Below, piece by piece: positions 13,094-26,656 of a DNA stretch of 64,000 bases; position 1 is the first letter of the stretch; each line of letters begins with the position of its first letter. The position numbers and the translations under genes are program-made. The stretch spans positions 62,001 to 126,000 of the forward strand of contig NW_027117350.1 of NCBI RefSeq assembly GCF_038025025.1. Reading direction: 5' to 3'. This DNA comes from Phyllosticta citribraziliensis. Taxonomy: Eukaryota. The notes below the pieces were generated by a model, which saw only the letters and a program-made list of their open reading frames with translations, was not told the DNA's origin and made no database searches.

Positions 13094-14250
13094 GAGGGCA
13101 CCTATTAGGAACACCTAGACCTTAATAATTAAAGAAGGAGTTCTAATACTACTTATATTTATACTAATACCTCTAGTCTCTCTAGTAGTAAAGGTATAGG
13201 TATAGGCTTAGTTATACTACCTAATAACCTTATTAATAGTAGGTCTAAGTCCTTAAATATAGAGTACTCTAACCTAGTATATAATAGGGAATTAGAGGGT
13301 ATTACTAAGGTATTTAAATATACTAGTAGAAATATAAAAAATAGATATCTATACTATATATATATATATATATAGATAACTAGGTAAGAGGCTTAAAGAG
13401 GTAAATAATATATTCAGCTATCTTAAATCTAAACTAGAGAAGAAAAGAAGAGATAGAGGAAAGAGAAGAGAGAGAACTAAGTACTATCTTACTTAATAGC
13501 TAGGCTTAGTAAGCCTAGCTTATAAGATTATATAATAGGTTTACTAGGTTAGATTCTAGTACCTAGGTCCTTTAGGTTATAGCCTAATACTAGGCTACTA
13601 TATATAGGATAATTAATATTTCTAATAACCTAGGATAGTCCTTGTAATTAAAAGTCCTAGATATAGCTAAACTAGCTATATCTAGAGGTACTTCTATAGT
13701 ACTAGAATAGGTACTAAGCTATATAGATATATATAGAAATAAATTAGCTAATTCCTTAGCTAAGGAAATAACTAATAAGGATCCTAAACCCTACCCTAAA
13801 GCTCTAGTACTTATAAGCCTAGATATAAAGGATACTATTATATAGGACTAGTAGACTATTATAAATAAGGTAAAAGCTAAATCTAATAATATCTCCTCCT
13901 ATTATAGTACTTATATAACTAGACCTAGCTATAAGCTTAAGGTACCTATAGAAATACTAAGAATTATAGCCTTTACTTTTTATTAGCTAAAAATAGGATA
14001 TAGATACTTTAAAGCCTACTTATTATATATTAAATAGTCTCCTATTAGTATATATAGATATAGTAGCTCTAAGGAAACTCCTATATACCTCCTACTATCT
14101 TATAGGGAGTATAGAGATTAAAGAAAATTACTTAGTATTATAAGCTAATAGGTTACCTAATTAGTAGGCTAGTTCTAAGTAACTATTTATCTAATACTAA
14201 GGCATATAAGTATAGGAGATAAAGCTAAGTAAGGAGGGTATATAAATAAG
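13094..14250 (+). mobile_element. LINE (Tad/I-like non-LTR) ORF2 3' fragment: RNase H plus CCHC knuckle, RIPped
   Basis: De-RIP motifs: 'YIYTDAS..GIGIG' (~13150-13210), 'VYNGELEGI' (~13275-13302), 'LEWVPSH.DI.GNELADSLAKE' (~13700-13767), 'QLK.GHGYFKAYL...C.CG...ETP.HLLL.C' (~13985-14105). Confidence 0.85.
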
Positions 14251-14785
14251 GTAAAAGTTAAATTAGTAGTAGGCCTACTTAGGAGTATTAATTATAAGAA
14301 AATAAAGATAGCTATCTATAGTATCTATATAATAAAGTCCTTTTATATTCTATTACCTAACTTACCTTAGGAATTATAATAGAAGGAAGGAAGGTACTAT
14401 AAGAGAATAAGACCTTATCTTAACCCTATATTATATAGTAGTTTACTAGCTTATTAATAGTAATATATTTCTTAAAACTAACTACTTATTTAAGTCCCTA
14501 TAATAGGTATAGGAGGTTCTATTCTTATTTCTATTATTATATTAGTATTATATATATAGGTACTAGGGTTAAATTATCTAAGTAGCTATAGCTCTTAGAG
14601 AGTTAGGTAACTTTAGTATATATAGCTTATAGCTATAGCTAGTAGTTATAGTATAGGTATACCTAGTACTTAATACTAAGTAGTATTTAATATAATTATA
14701 GGTTTTTAGCTAACCTATAATACTTAGAGAAGATATCCCCTCTCTAAGTATTAAAAACCTATCTAAAAACTTAGAAACTATAAAG

Positions 14786-14950
14786 TATAACTCATCCTAT
14801 AGATAGGCACATAAGCTAAATATATCTTAATTAGACTAACTACCCTAGCCAGGGCTAGGGGCTAACTATACAGGCCAGGGCCCCTACCTATACTAAGGCC
14901 ACTACCCTAAATATACTAGGCACTAAGCAAAGATATACAGATATATAATA
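14786..14950 (-). repeat. 3' LTR of the 12-kb element (165 bp)
   Basis: Ungapped match to 26657-26821, with differences being C/T or G/A transitions. Ends tataac...tataata are RIPped TG...CA. Confidence 0.93.
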
Positions 14951-14981
14951 AAATAGTAGCTATATACTAGTAATATCCTTA

Positions 14982-17597
14982 TCATAAAGTCCAGTTATCC
15001 TCCTATATATAAAACTCTAGTTTCCCTATTAAGCCTAAGTAGTCTAATACTTTATAGGGCTAATCATTAGGTGTCTAATATAGAATATTAGCAATACTAA
15101 TATTAGGGGCCATAAGACTTACCTATCTAGCAGGGTAATTAGTAGTATAGTTAATATTAGTTTCATACTATTATTAATTATTAAGAAGCTTAGTAAGTAG
15201 GTTATTCTAAGCCTTAAAATTAATATTATTATTAGTAGGTAGAATATAGATATACTAAATATTAATATTATAGTCCTCCTAGAAAGTCTAGGGTAGTAGT
15301 CTATATATAACTATAAAAGCCACCCATACTACCATACTATTACTAATACTAATATTAAAACCCTTAATAAAAGCCTTAGACTTAGTAAGGTAGTAGTAAT
15401 AGACTAAGGGTATATATCTTAGGCATATAAGCTAGTCATCCTTATACTAAAGGGGGTTATAATCTAGGAGTAGGGTAATATAGTAACCTATACTAAGTTT
15501 AAACTATAATATAGAGATAATTATCTTATTCTAAGAAGCTTAGGTAAGGAGACTACCTAGAATTAGATAAGTAACTATAGTAGGGTCTATAATACTTAAT
15601 AGTATAGGGATATTATACTCTATCTATAGGGTATAGGTCCTAATACCTATAGTTTTAGGGGTTCTTATTATTAGGTAATTATAGATCCTAGTTAGTATAG
15701 CTTTATTATTATTAAACCTAGTAGTAAAGTAGTTATTAGGTACCTTAGATATAACTATACCCTAACTTATATAGGTAGGGCTACTACTAGCTATATAGTA
15801 GGCTTCTTCTTATATAAGGAATATAGTAGCTTATATATTAGCTTTATTATTAGCCTACTTATTCTACTAGTATATCTCTTATAATATCTCTTTAAGGATA
15901 TAATTAAGCTAGCTACTATAGGTACCTAAAATAGCTATAGGGTAGTTAGGTTATACTTCTAATATACCCTTATTATATATCTTAAGGAAATTAGGGTCCC
16001 TTATAATATTACTAGTATCTTCTAAGGTAATATTAGATAAAGTATATAAGTAGTAGATAAAGTCCTTATCTTTTATAGGGACTACTAGGGCCTACTAGTT
16101 CTTTCTATTATCTACCTAAGGGGTATAGTACTTATTACTAATAATAAACTCTCTATCCTTTTCTACTAGGTACTTTATAAACTTTTAGAGCTATAGTATT
16201 AGGAACTAGTAAAAATTAGTAGGATCTAATATTAGTAGGTAGAATTATAATTCTATAGGGAAAATTAAGTATATATAATCTAATATAAATTTAGGGACCT
16301 TAAAGGTATAGTCTAGGATTAGAAATAAACTATAGTACTTATATAAGTTAACTATAATAGTATACTATAAGATAGTAGAATTAATATCTAGGTCCCCTTC
16401 CTTCTTATAGCCTAGGAACTATTAATAACCCTAGTCTCTATAGAATAAGTATCTACCTAGCTTAATAAGATAGCTAAAATAGACCTATCCCTACTTATTA
16501 ATAATTAGTAAACTAAAACCTATAGGGTAATATAGTCTATTTATACTACCTTCTATAAGGAAATAGGGATATAGGCTCTTAGTATTATAATCCTTAAGAT
16601 TATAACTAGTATAGTAAAGCTAAATAACTATTAGGAGTATAATAATAAGTTAACTAGATAAATAGACTCCTTTTAGTAGTAGGGTATTATTATAGATAAT
16701 ATAGTAATAGGCCCCTATATACTTAAAAAGTAGCTATTTATAGGTATTTTAGAGGAAGTAACCCTTTCTATAATTAGAGGGTTTAAAGGTATTAATATTA
16801 TATAGCTTTAGCTTCTATAACTCCTTTAGATATATCTAGTTACTAGCTATAATTAATCTTACCTTACCTTTACTAGGGTTATTATTATTATCTTTATAGA
16901 GTATTAAGGTATTATTATCTATAGTACTATATTTATTAATATTATAGGTAGCTCTATCCTTACCCTTATAGTAGGTTATAACTAGGGCCTTATTATTACT
17001 AGATATTAGGATAAACCCTGCTACTTTATTAGTATCTAGTATAATAGGGGCCTTTTTAATTAGCTTAAGAAGCTATTTATACTCTAAAGGAGTAGTTATA
17101 GCTATTAGTAAAGTACTATTTAGTTAGTTTCTATTATAGTCTAGGGGCTAGCTATTATTCTTCTTTATATTAGGGGTCTTACCTTTACTACTTTATCCTA
17201 TAACTATAACCTCCTCCTTATTACTTTCCTTAGTATTATTACTTTAAGTATATTAGGGTTACTTAGTAATGGTAGGTAAGCTACTTATAGGTATACCCTA
17301 CTTAGTTATTATTAGTATTTCTAATAGGAGTAGGAGTAAAGATATACTTCTAGGTATCTCTAGGGGTATAACTATAGCCTTTAGTATAGTACCCTTAGGT
17401 TTAGTTAATATAGCTAGGGGTGAGCCTATAGTACTACCTTTAGTACCTTTCTTTAGCTTTATAGTATAATAAGGAACTATATTAAGTAAGTTAGGCTTAT
17501 TAGCCTTAGTTAAGTAGGTAAAGTATTAGGTACTAATAGCTTTAGTAGCTAAAGTAGTTACTAATATACTAGGGGTACCTTTCTTCTTTAGGGGTAT
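14982..17597 (-). pseudogene. Extra ORF3 of the 12-kb element (~871 aa, unknown function), RIPped
   Basis: One continuous frame runs from 'ata ccc cta aag aag aaa ggt' (de-RIP MPPKKKG) at 17597 to TGA at 14982-14984. Internal stops are only TAA/TAG, and in-frame C-ending and AAG/GAG codons occur throughout. Confidence 0.7.
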
Positions 17598-18149
17598 AGT
17601 ATAAAGGATAGTATATAGTATAAGTTAAAGGGTATACTAGTTATAAGGGTAGGTTAATAGTATAGTAAAGATTAGCTATATATTAAAATAGTAGATCCTA
17701 GGTTAGTAGGTACTAAGCCCTAAATAGTCTTAGATTAAAATAACTAACTTAGGAAAATCTATTTAGCCCTCTATATTACTTATATATCCTCTATACCCCT
17801 CTAAATAAAGGAATAAAATAAAGAAACTCCCTTATAACTCTATTATTCTTTATTATCTATTATTCCTTCTATTAAATAAAGGAAACTATTACTCTCCCTA
17901 TTATATAGAGGGGTAATTACTATATAAACTATAATATAAAATAATAATAGGAAATAAGGAAGAATAGGAATACTAATATTAACTATACTATATTTATAAA
18001 TACTATAGGCTGAGGGCCCTTATATAGGGGGGATTATTATTAAAGGGCTAGAGTACCTGGCCTAGGAATAGGTTTAGTAGCTACCCTATAGCTTAGTAGT
18101 ATCCTTACTATTAGCTAAGATATAATTATTAGTAGGGTATATAACTATA

Positions 18150-21100
18150 GTATATGCTAGTAGTTTTAGTATATATAGTAGTTATCTTCTTATAGAGTAT
18201 AGGGTGGTACTAGTCTTAAGTCTTTTATTATACTCTTTAATAAGGTCTATAGTATTTTTAAGGTTATTAATATTATACTAGACTTAATACTAAGGGCTAT
18301 AGCCCCTCTATTTAATTAAGTACTAGAGCTATTTTATAAAGGGGTTATATTAGTAGTCTAGTAAGGTTTTAATTTTATACTTAGGGGCTAGGTTATTAAT
18401 ATTTACTATAGGTATAGGGTCTAGAGGTACTTAGTAACTATAAGGGTTATTAGTAGGATTATACTTAAGTTAGCTAATTAATATAATAGGGTAGATTTTT
18501 ATTAGCTCTAAGAGGTTAAGCTTATATATTAAGGGGCCTATAACTCTCTTTACTTAGTAAGACCCTATTCTTAGTAGTTATAGCTTTTTTAGTAGGTTAC
18601 TATAAACCTTATACCTAAAATATAGGTATAGAAGTACCTTATCTCTAATCTTAAATTAGACTAGCTTATAGTAGGAGTTATAGTACTCCTTCTAGGTAAT
18701 AGTAGTAAAAGCTAGGGCTTCCTAGACTTCTACCTAGTACTAGGTATATAGTACCTTAGTATTAATATCCCTTATACTCTTAAGATTACTAAATATAGTA
18801 GTCTATAGGTTAAAGCTATATAGAATCTTATATAGTATATACCTAGTAGATATATTATAGGATATATTTATTATCCCTTATATATAGGGAAGTATATCTA
18901 TCTATATATAATTAGAATTAGTAAATATAAAATAATATATTATATATTCTACTATCTAATTAGTATATTTAGACTATCTATTAGCCTATAGGTAATATAC
19001 TATAGTACTATAGAATTATACCTTTAGTATTATAAAAACTTATATAATAAATTTAGATAGTTATTTTATATCCTAGTCTAAGATTAATATATTAGATAGG
19101 CCCTAGCTATAACTATATAGGTCCTTAAACTAAACTAAGGCCTATTACCTAGTAGTCTATATCTCTAGCCCTAGGGTAAGTAAGATTACTTTAGAGAACT
19201 TATATATAGTAGTAAGGAGACTATTAAAACTACTATCTATAATAGCTAGGAGCTTTATAATAAAATTAGTATATAATATAAAGAAGGGGATCTTAATTAT
19301 AGTAATTAGTATTAAGCTATTATAAGGGTAGTACTATTTAGTAGTTATATACTTATAGTTAGGGTAATTTTCTATATATAAGTATAGCTACTTATATAAC
19401 TAGTATATATAAAATAAGGCTTAGATAAAGTCTATAGCTTAATTAGGGTCTTAGTAGCTATAGGTATTATATATAAACTAGAAGATTTCCTTCTTATAGG
19501 CTAAAGGGATATATAGGTATTCCCTATTCTTCTTAGTATAGTTAATAAAGTAGATAAGCCTATAGTATAGGATAAATTATAGTCTTAGGATAGGATTATC
19601 TTTACTAGGGTATATCTCTATACTCTATAGCTATCCCCTATTACTTACTTCTTCTTAAGGGGCCTCTACTAGTAAGTTACTTCCTTTAGGTATATTTACC
19701 CTAGTTAAGGCTAGTATATCTACCTTAGTTAATATAGGTATATCTACCCTAGTTCTATCTTAGGTTACCTTAATAGGCTAGCTTTTAAACTACCTCTCTA
19801 GGGCTATAGCTTATTTAAGTACTTATAATATATAAGCCTACTATAGATCTACTATATAGCCTTCCTATACTTTATTCTTAAAAGTATTAATTATCTCTAC
19901 TAATATAATATAGAAGTAGCTTATAGCCCTAGTAGGATTAGGGTTATATATTACTATAAACTATATAGGATCTATATTATCTAGGAATTCTACCTTATCT
20001 ATAATATCCCTATTATTATAGCTAGCTTTTAAAGATAACTAGCTTAAGGTATCTAGTATAATATAATTCTATCTAGGGTAGTACTTTATAGTTAAAGGAA
20101 ATTATAAGAGATACTATAATACCTATATTAGGTATAGATTTAATTACTTATTAGATTAAGAAGTAGTAAAAGTCTTCTACTATACTAGTACTATTACTAT
20201 AGTATAGTCTATAAAAAGTATTATATAAGCTACTAATTATACTAGAGTATATAGTTTTTTAACTACTTAGTATACCCTAGTTATCTTGAGTTTAGTAATC
20301 TAGTACTATATTTCTATATTAGATAGCTATTATAAGAGGAATATAATTAGCTTAATTAATTAATATAGGAAGTCCTTTATCTATTTTAGCTATAGGGGTA
20401 GTTTCTCCTTATTAGTATTAGCTACTATAACCTTTAGTTACTAGTCTTCTATTTCTAGCTTAGGGTCTCTAGTAATATAGTATACTATAACTCTAAATCC
20501 TAACTCCTTTAAAGTATCTATATTAATATATAGTAGTTATAATAGATTATAGTAAAACCTTTAATATATCTTATAAAGTATATTATATATTATATTAAAT
20601 ACTACTATTAGTAATAGCTCTAGTAGTATTAGCTTAGCTACTATAAAGTATCTCCTTACTTACTTATCTTTTAGGGCTTTCTATAGATATAATATCTTAA
20701 TTACCTCTAGGGGCTTAGCTAGTTAGGTATAGTAGGGGTAATTATCTTATAGCTATCCTATTAGACTAATAAATATTTTAAGTTCCTATAGTATATAAGG
20801 GAAAACTATATCCTTAAAGGCCTAGATCTTAGTATTAGAGGTAGTAATTCCTAGCCCTAATACCTATTAGCCTAGGAGTATAATTAATAGGTATCCTAGA
20901 TAGGTTTTCTTAATAGATAGGCTTATATTAACCTAGTCTAATATGGTAAAGATAGCCTCTAAGTACTAGATATACTTATCTAGTAATTATAAGAAGATAA
21001 TAATATTATTAATATAGGGGTATATAAAGGCCTAGTAATTCTAGAGTAATATATTATATTATTACTATATATATTAAATGCTGTTATAGTAGCCTATAAG

Positions 21101-24100
21101 AGTAATATTACTTTATTCTACTCTATAATAGGTAAGTATTACTAGCTTATAGTAGTCCTCTATATATACTCTCTATTAGTAGAAGAATACTATTATATTA
21201 ACTACTAAAATAAAGAGGTACCCTTAGATTTCTAAAATAATATTAGATATTAGTAGTAGAGGGTAACTATCCTTCTCTATAATAGTATTTAGTATATAAA
21301 TATTAATAATAATATAATCCTTCTATTTAAACTCCCTATTCTTACTAGGGACCTATCTCTATACTATAAAGACTAGGAACCCTAGACTTATATTACCTTA
21401 TGCCTATTTAGCCTTACCTTACTTATATATAGGGTTAAGGGTATTATCTTAGAATTCTTTATCTTATTATAAGGCTATATATAGTTATATTTATTAGAAT
21501 TTATCTCTCTAATCTAGGACTAGTAGAATATATATCTACTCCTCTTTAGGAACCTTAATAAACCCCTTTTAATTAGTAAATAGGTCCTTAAATTAGTCTA
21601 TAAAGGCTTAGTAATATTCCCTAGTCTTAGAAGGGCTAAAGATTAGGATACTATTATTTAGCCTTCCTTTTTCTATTATTAGGAGTAATAGGTTTAGGGC
21701 TACTAGGCTATAGTCTCTATTAATAAGCTAGTAGCTTATATTAAACTCTACTACTATTAGACTACCTAATTATAAGTTCTTTAAGATAGTTAGGGTCTAG
21801 TTAGAGTTATTTTATATAATAATCTATATTATATTAGTATTTACTATAATAGAATATAGGAATCCTCCTTTTTATAGAAAGGGAATAGGTCTTATACTAT
21901 AATTAGGGTAGAACTTATAGTATTAGATTAGTAATATTAGTCTAGGTATATAGATAGGTACTTTTATAGTACTATAGGGTAGTATTATAGTATACTTACT
22001 TACTATAATATATTAATATACTAGTATTATATATATCTTTATTATTACTAAGATTCTAAAGCCTCCCTTACTAAGGTAGGGCTAAATTACTTAATCCTTT
22101 CTAAGGTCTATAATTACTACTTTAGGATATAAGAGGTTATTCCCTATTAATAGTAGGACTAATATATCTTAATTAATAATATATATATAGTAAGGGATAT
22201 AGGCCATAGCCTTACTATCCTTTATATACCCTAGTAGGTAGAGGGGTAGGAGTATATAGTCTATATATAATATTATAGTACTAATACTATTAATTTATAT
22301 AGGCTTTAGAAGTATAAGGATCTTTATATCTAGTAGTTACTCCTATAAGAAGCCTCTAGTAATTAATAAGGATAATACCCTAGTATTAAGATATATAATA
22401 TCTATAAGTCCTAATATATAGAGCTAAAAGCTATACTTAAGGGACTAGTAATAAGGGAATCCTAATAAGCTATTATCTACTAGTAACCCTAGTAGTACTT
22501 ATTTAGATATTAAGATAGGGGGATCCTTACTAGATAAAGCCTTTTTATTAGTTCCCTTAATTCTAGGATCTATTATACTTACTATTATAAATAAACTACC
22601 TATTAATAGGGTACTACCTTTAGCTTTACTCCTCTAATCCTAGTATAGCATAGTATATATAGCTAAGCTAAATAGAAAGAGTAGGCTCTATACTAATATA
22701 TAGATTACTAGAATAAGTTATAGTTAAAAAGGGGCTATATATTATCCTATTATATAGCCCTAAGTCCTTTTAGGGACTCTTACTTATTATTAATAGTAGC
22801 TATAAATATATCCTTACCCTATATATTATAGGTAGCTCTTAAAGATCTATATTAGTAACCTATACCCTATAAATAGTAGTATAACTATTATTTTAACTAG
22901 AATCTCTCCTAATAACTATTATATACTATTAGGTATATAGGGGCTAGTCTAGGACCTATATCTAGCTAGTCTAGGGATTAGTTAAAAGCTACTAAATAAT
23001 AGTATTAGCTATAGTTATAGACTAATATATTAGGAGGCTAGTTAATAGATTCTATTTTCTTTTCTCCTATAATCTTAGAGGTAGGGGAACCTAGCTCTTC
23101 TAGGGTAGATTTCTCCTCCTTACTAGACTCCTCTCTAGTTTCCTTACCTTATATAAGGTACTATCTATAAGTAGTTTATCTCTTACTAATACCCCTTATA
23201 TTATTAACCTTAAATAGTTATAACTAGGATCCTAAACCTAACTCTCTTTTTAATCCTACTCCTATATTTACTAGAGTAGGTAATATAAGTTATTTTAGGT
23301 AGGTAACCTACTTATTATTACTTAGTCCCTTAGTACTTATATTATCCTAAGGGGCTATATATCCTCTATTAGTCCTTTTATAGTTTACCTAGCTATAGGG
23401 GTAACTTTAATTAGTTATCTATCTCTAGCCTTACTAGGGGAAGGTTCCCTTACCTACTTTATAGTATTATACTAGGTACTCCTAAATTTAGTAATAGCTC
23501 TTAATTATTTTAATAAAGGACTATATAGTTATTTAGGGTATAGGCTCCTCTAGCTACTACTAGTAGAAAGGATCTATTTTAGTAAAGGTATTAATAAGCT
23601 AATTATAGATAGTCTAGAAGCTAGCTATATATCCTAAATAGATATAAGTAATTATAAAGTCCCTAGTACCCTTATTATATACCTCCTTAAGACTAAAACT
23701 AATAGTATTTAAAATATTAATTACTTTATACCAGGTTATACCAAAATCCTCCTAAAGTAAGGTAGCCTAGTATTTAATACTAGCCCTAGTATATACATAG
23801 GTACAGTCCTCCTCTATAATTTATAAAGTAAACTATATATTAGTAGTTCCTTTAAAATACTTCTATAGATTAAGTTATACTATCCTAGTACTAAATATTA
23901 TATAAGCTATCTAAGTACTATTAATAAATTATTCTATAGTATAGTAAACTACCTTCTTATATTTTATAGTACTACTACCCTAGCTAACCTTATCTTTACC
24001 TAGATTAGGGTTAAAGTAGCTAATATTATTAGGGTAGAAGTATAGGAAAGTATAAGAGTAGTTATAATTATTATCTATATACTAAGTAATTTATTAGTCT

Positions 24101-26328
24101 ACTACTAGTAGTAGAGACTACTTATATATTATACTATTAGGAAAATAGAACTAGAAGTATAATAATAGTTATAATTATATAAGGTTTAATAGTCCTCTAT
24201 AATTATAGGTTTTAGGAGGAGGAAAACTAGACTAGGTATAGTATTCCTAGTAATACTATACCTTTATATCTAGGTAAAAGTAACCTATATTATCTTAGGG
24301 GTAGTAGGTATTATTTATAGTATTACTAATAGATTTAAGACTAGCTAGGTACTTACTTAATAAGCTATAAAGGGTATTAATACTATTATTTATACTCTTA
24401 AAGCTTTCTATTTATACCTATTACTAGTTAAGGATAAGCCCCTAGAGTCTAGTAATCTAGCTTATTAAAGTAGTATACCCTACTAGGCCTTATAGGATCT
24501 CCTCTATCTTATTTATAGTATTATAGTACTATCTTTCCTTACCCTAAGTATCTATTCTTTAGCTAGTAGGGCCTAGCCTAGCTATAAACCTCTAAATATT
24601 AAGGCTACTAATATTAAAGCCTATAGTAGGCATACCTTATATTAGTATAGATAATATAAAGGTTCCTATAGTTTAAGCTAGTAGAGGTAGGAAGATTCCT
24701 ACTATAGAGATTATTAATATAGTAGCTCTAGTAGAAAAGGGGGCCTATACCTACTTTATACTAGTACTATAGGTATTAAAAGTATAGATATATAATTTTA
24801 GTAGGGGTACTATTATTCTAGATCTCTAAGTATTTAAGAAATTTAAATAGTCCCTTTACTAGGTCTTATTATCTTTATCCCCTTAATAATTATTAAGACT
24901 ATTATTATAAGGGTTATTATACTACTTAGTATTATAATTAATATATAGGTTCTCCTTATTATAGGGTAATATCTCCTCTATATTCTTATTACTATTATAC
25001 TAGGGGTTTAGTTTAACTATCTCTATTAAGGAGGTATAATATCCTTTACCTTTATTAATAGGGACCTATAAAGCTATAATTAAACTAGTATATAAATATA
25101 TACTCTTCTATCTATAAGTACTAACTAAGGTTTAGCTAACTTGACTTAAGGGCTAGGCTCTTAATTAAAAGTGTAGGAGTAGTTTTATAAAACTAGGAGA
25201 ACTATAATTATGTCCTTATAATATTTAGGGTAGAGTAGTCTTAGTTAAATTATTAGGTTAAGCTAGAATATTAAGTTATAAGGTATACTCTATATAAGGT
25301 TTATAGGTAGGAGAGTTAAGTATAAGAGTTAAGGGGTATCCTTAAAGAGTGGTGATAGGAGTATAGGCTAATAAGGATAGTAGATTAGCTAAGTATATAG
25401 TTAGGGTAGCTTAACTAATTAGGTAGGTATTACCTAAGGGATAATTATTTAACTACTTTAATATCTAGCCTAGGGTTATTAGATTAGTTATTAAAGGTCT
25501 TATAGGTAGTAACTTTTAAGGTATTACTAGGGTACTTCCCCTTTTTACTTTAGGGATACCTATTATTCCTAGGGCCTTATTTATTTATTATAGGCCTGAG
25601 TTAGGGGTTATTAGGTAGTCTAGGAGTATTTATATAGAGGAACTAAAGCTTCTAGGTTTTAGTATAGTAGTACTTACTAGGTTATCTATAATAGCTAGGG
25701 ACTATTATTTATATAGGCTAAACTAGTTATATAAGGATCCTTATCTAGACTAGGGTACTTATAAATCTAGTAATCCTAAGACTTATATAGGTATAGGAGT
25801 CTAATTTAGCTAGCTCTTTATAGCTTAGCTAAATAGTAAATATACTGAGCCTTAACTAAAATAGGAGCTATACCTGGCTATTAAAGGGGCTGCTAGGGTT
25901 TAGAGGTGTAGACTGGTTCTTAGTATTATTAGGGTGTTTATACCTAGGGTGACTGGGGTACTTATACTAACTTGTATATAGGATACTAGTAATAGCTTAT
26001 ATAGCTTATTATATACCTTGCTTACCTACTTAATAGTGTGAATAACTATACCTTTCTTATAATTACTACTGTTATCCTATTAGAATAGGTAATCTAGGTG
26101 GTACTATTTAGTGATATTTTATTATATTAATAGGCCCTAAGCTATTAGGGGGTTAAAGAGCTTAGTAATCTATTTTATTTATTATAGGATCTTAGGAGTG
26201 AGTAGCTTATCCTTATAGGTCTAGTTCTTCCTATAGTCTATAAAGGCTTTAAGCTCCTAGGCTAGTAGTATATCCTAGTTACTAATTATATTATCCTTAT
26301 AAGGATGGTTAGGTATAGTAGGATTTAT
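18150..26328 (-). pseudogene. gag (with long N-terminal extension) and pol of the 12-kb element, RIPped
   Basis: De-RIP motifs: gag 'DDIGYF.PD' (~24268-24294), PR 'VCLDTGAS' (~22372-22400), RT 'MGYCNS..YVQR' (~21062-21100) and YIDD (21005-21016), integrase C-term 'G[P/S]Y.V.RVVG...KIHPVVSISQLE' (~18465-18570), chromodomain 'YLIKWRGYGP' (~18290-18325). Pol is in a different frame from gag. The pol end coordinate is approximate. Confidence 0.88.
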
Positions 26329-26656
26329 AGTAGTAAGGTAGAATCCTAGTAGATATAGGGGTAGTTTATAGTTAATACCCTAGGTAAAAGATTAGAAGGG
26401 TATTTTATAGTTTAGGGTAATATATTATCCTAATCCTATAGTAGGCTACTAGTCTTTTAGTTAGTTAGGGGAGGGTCTTAGTAAGGGGCTAGCCTTATAT
26501 ATCTATATTACTATTATAAACTAGGGCCTTTAGGTAGGGTAGTAGAAGTAACTTTATAGTACTAGTATACTATAATATTCTAGGTAGGTACTTTTATATA
26601 TATTCCTTATACTATAGTATTAATTAGTAGGGTTATAGTACTTTTAGCTACTACTT

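Noticed and set aside
17269..17469. 66-aa plus-strand ORF in the AT block
   Set aside because: I/L/S/V-rich RIP artefact lying antisense to the decayed ORF3.
18025..18040. G-run as the PPT of a nested element inside the 12-kb retrotransposon
   Set aside because: Wrong strand for the host element, and no paired LTR was found for the following sequence.
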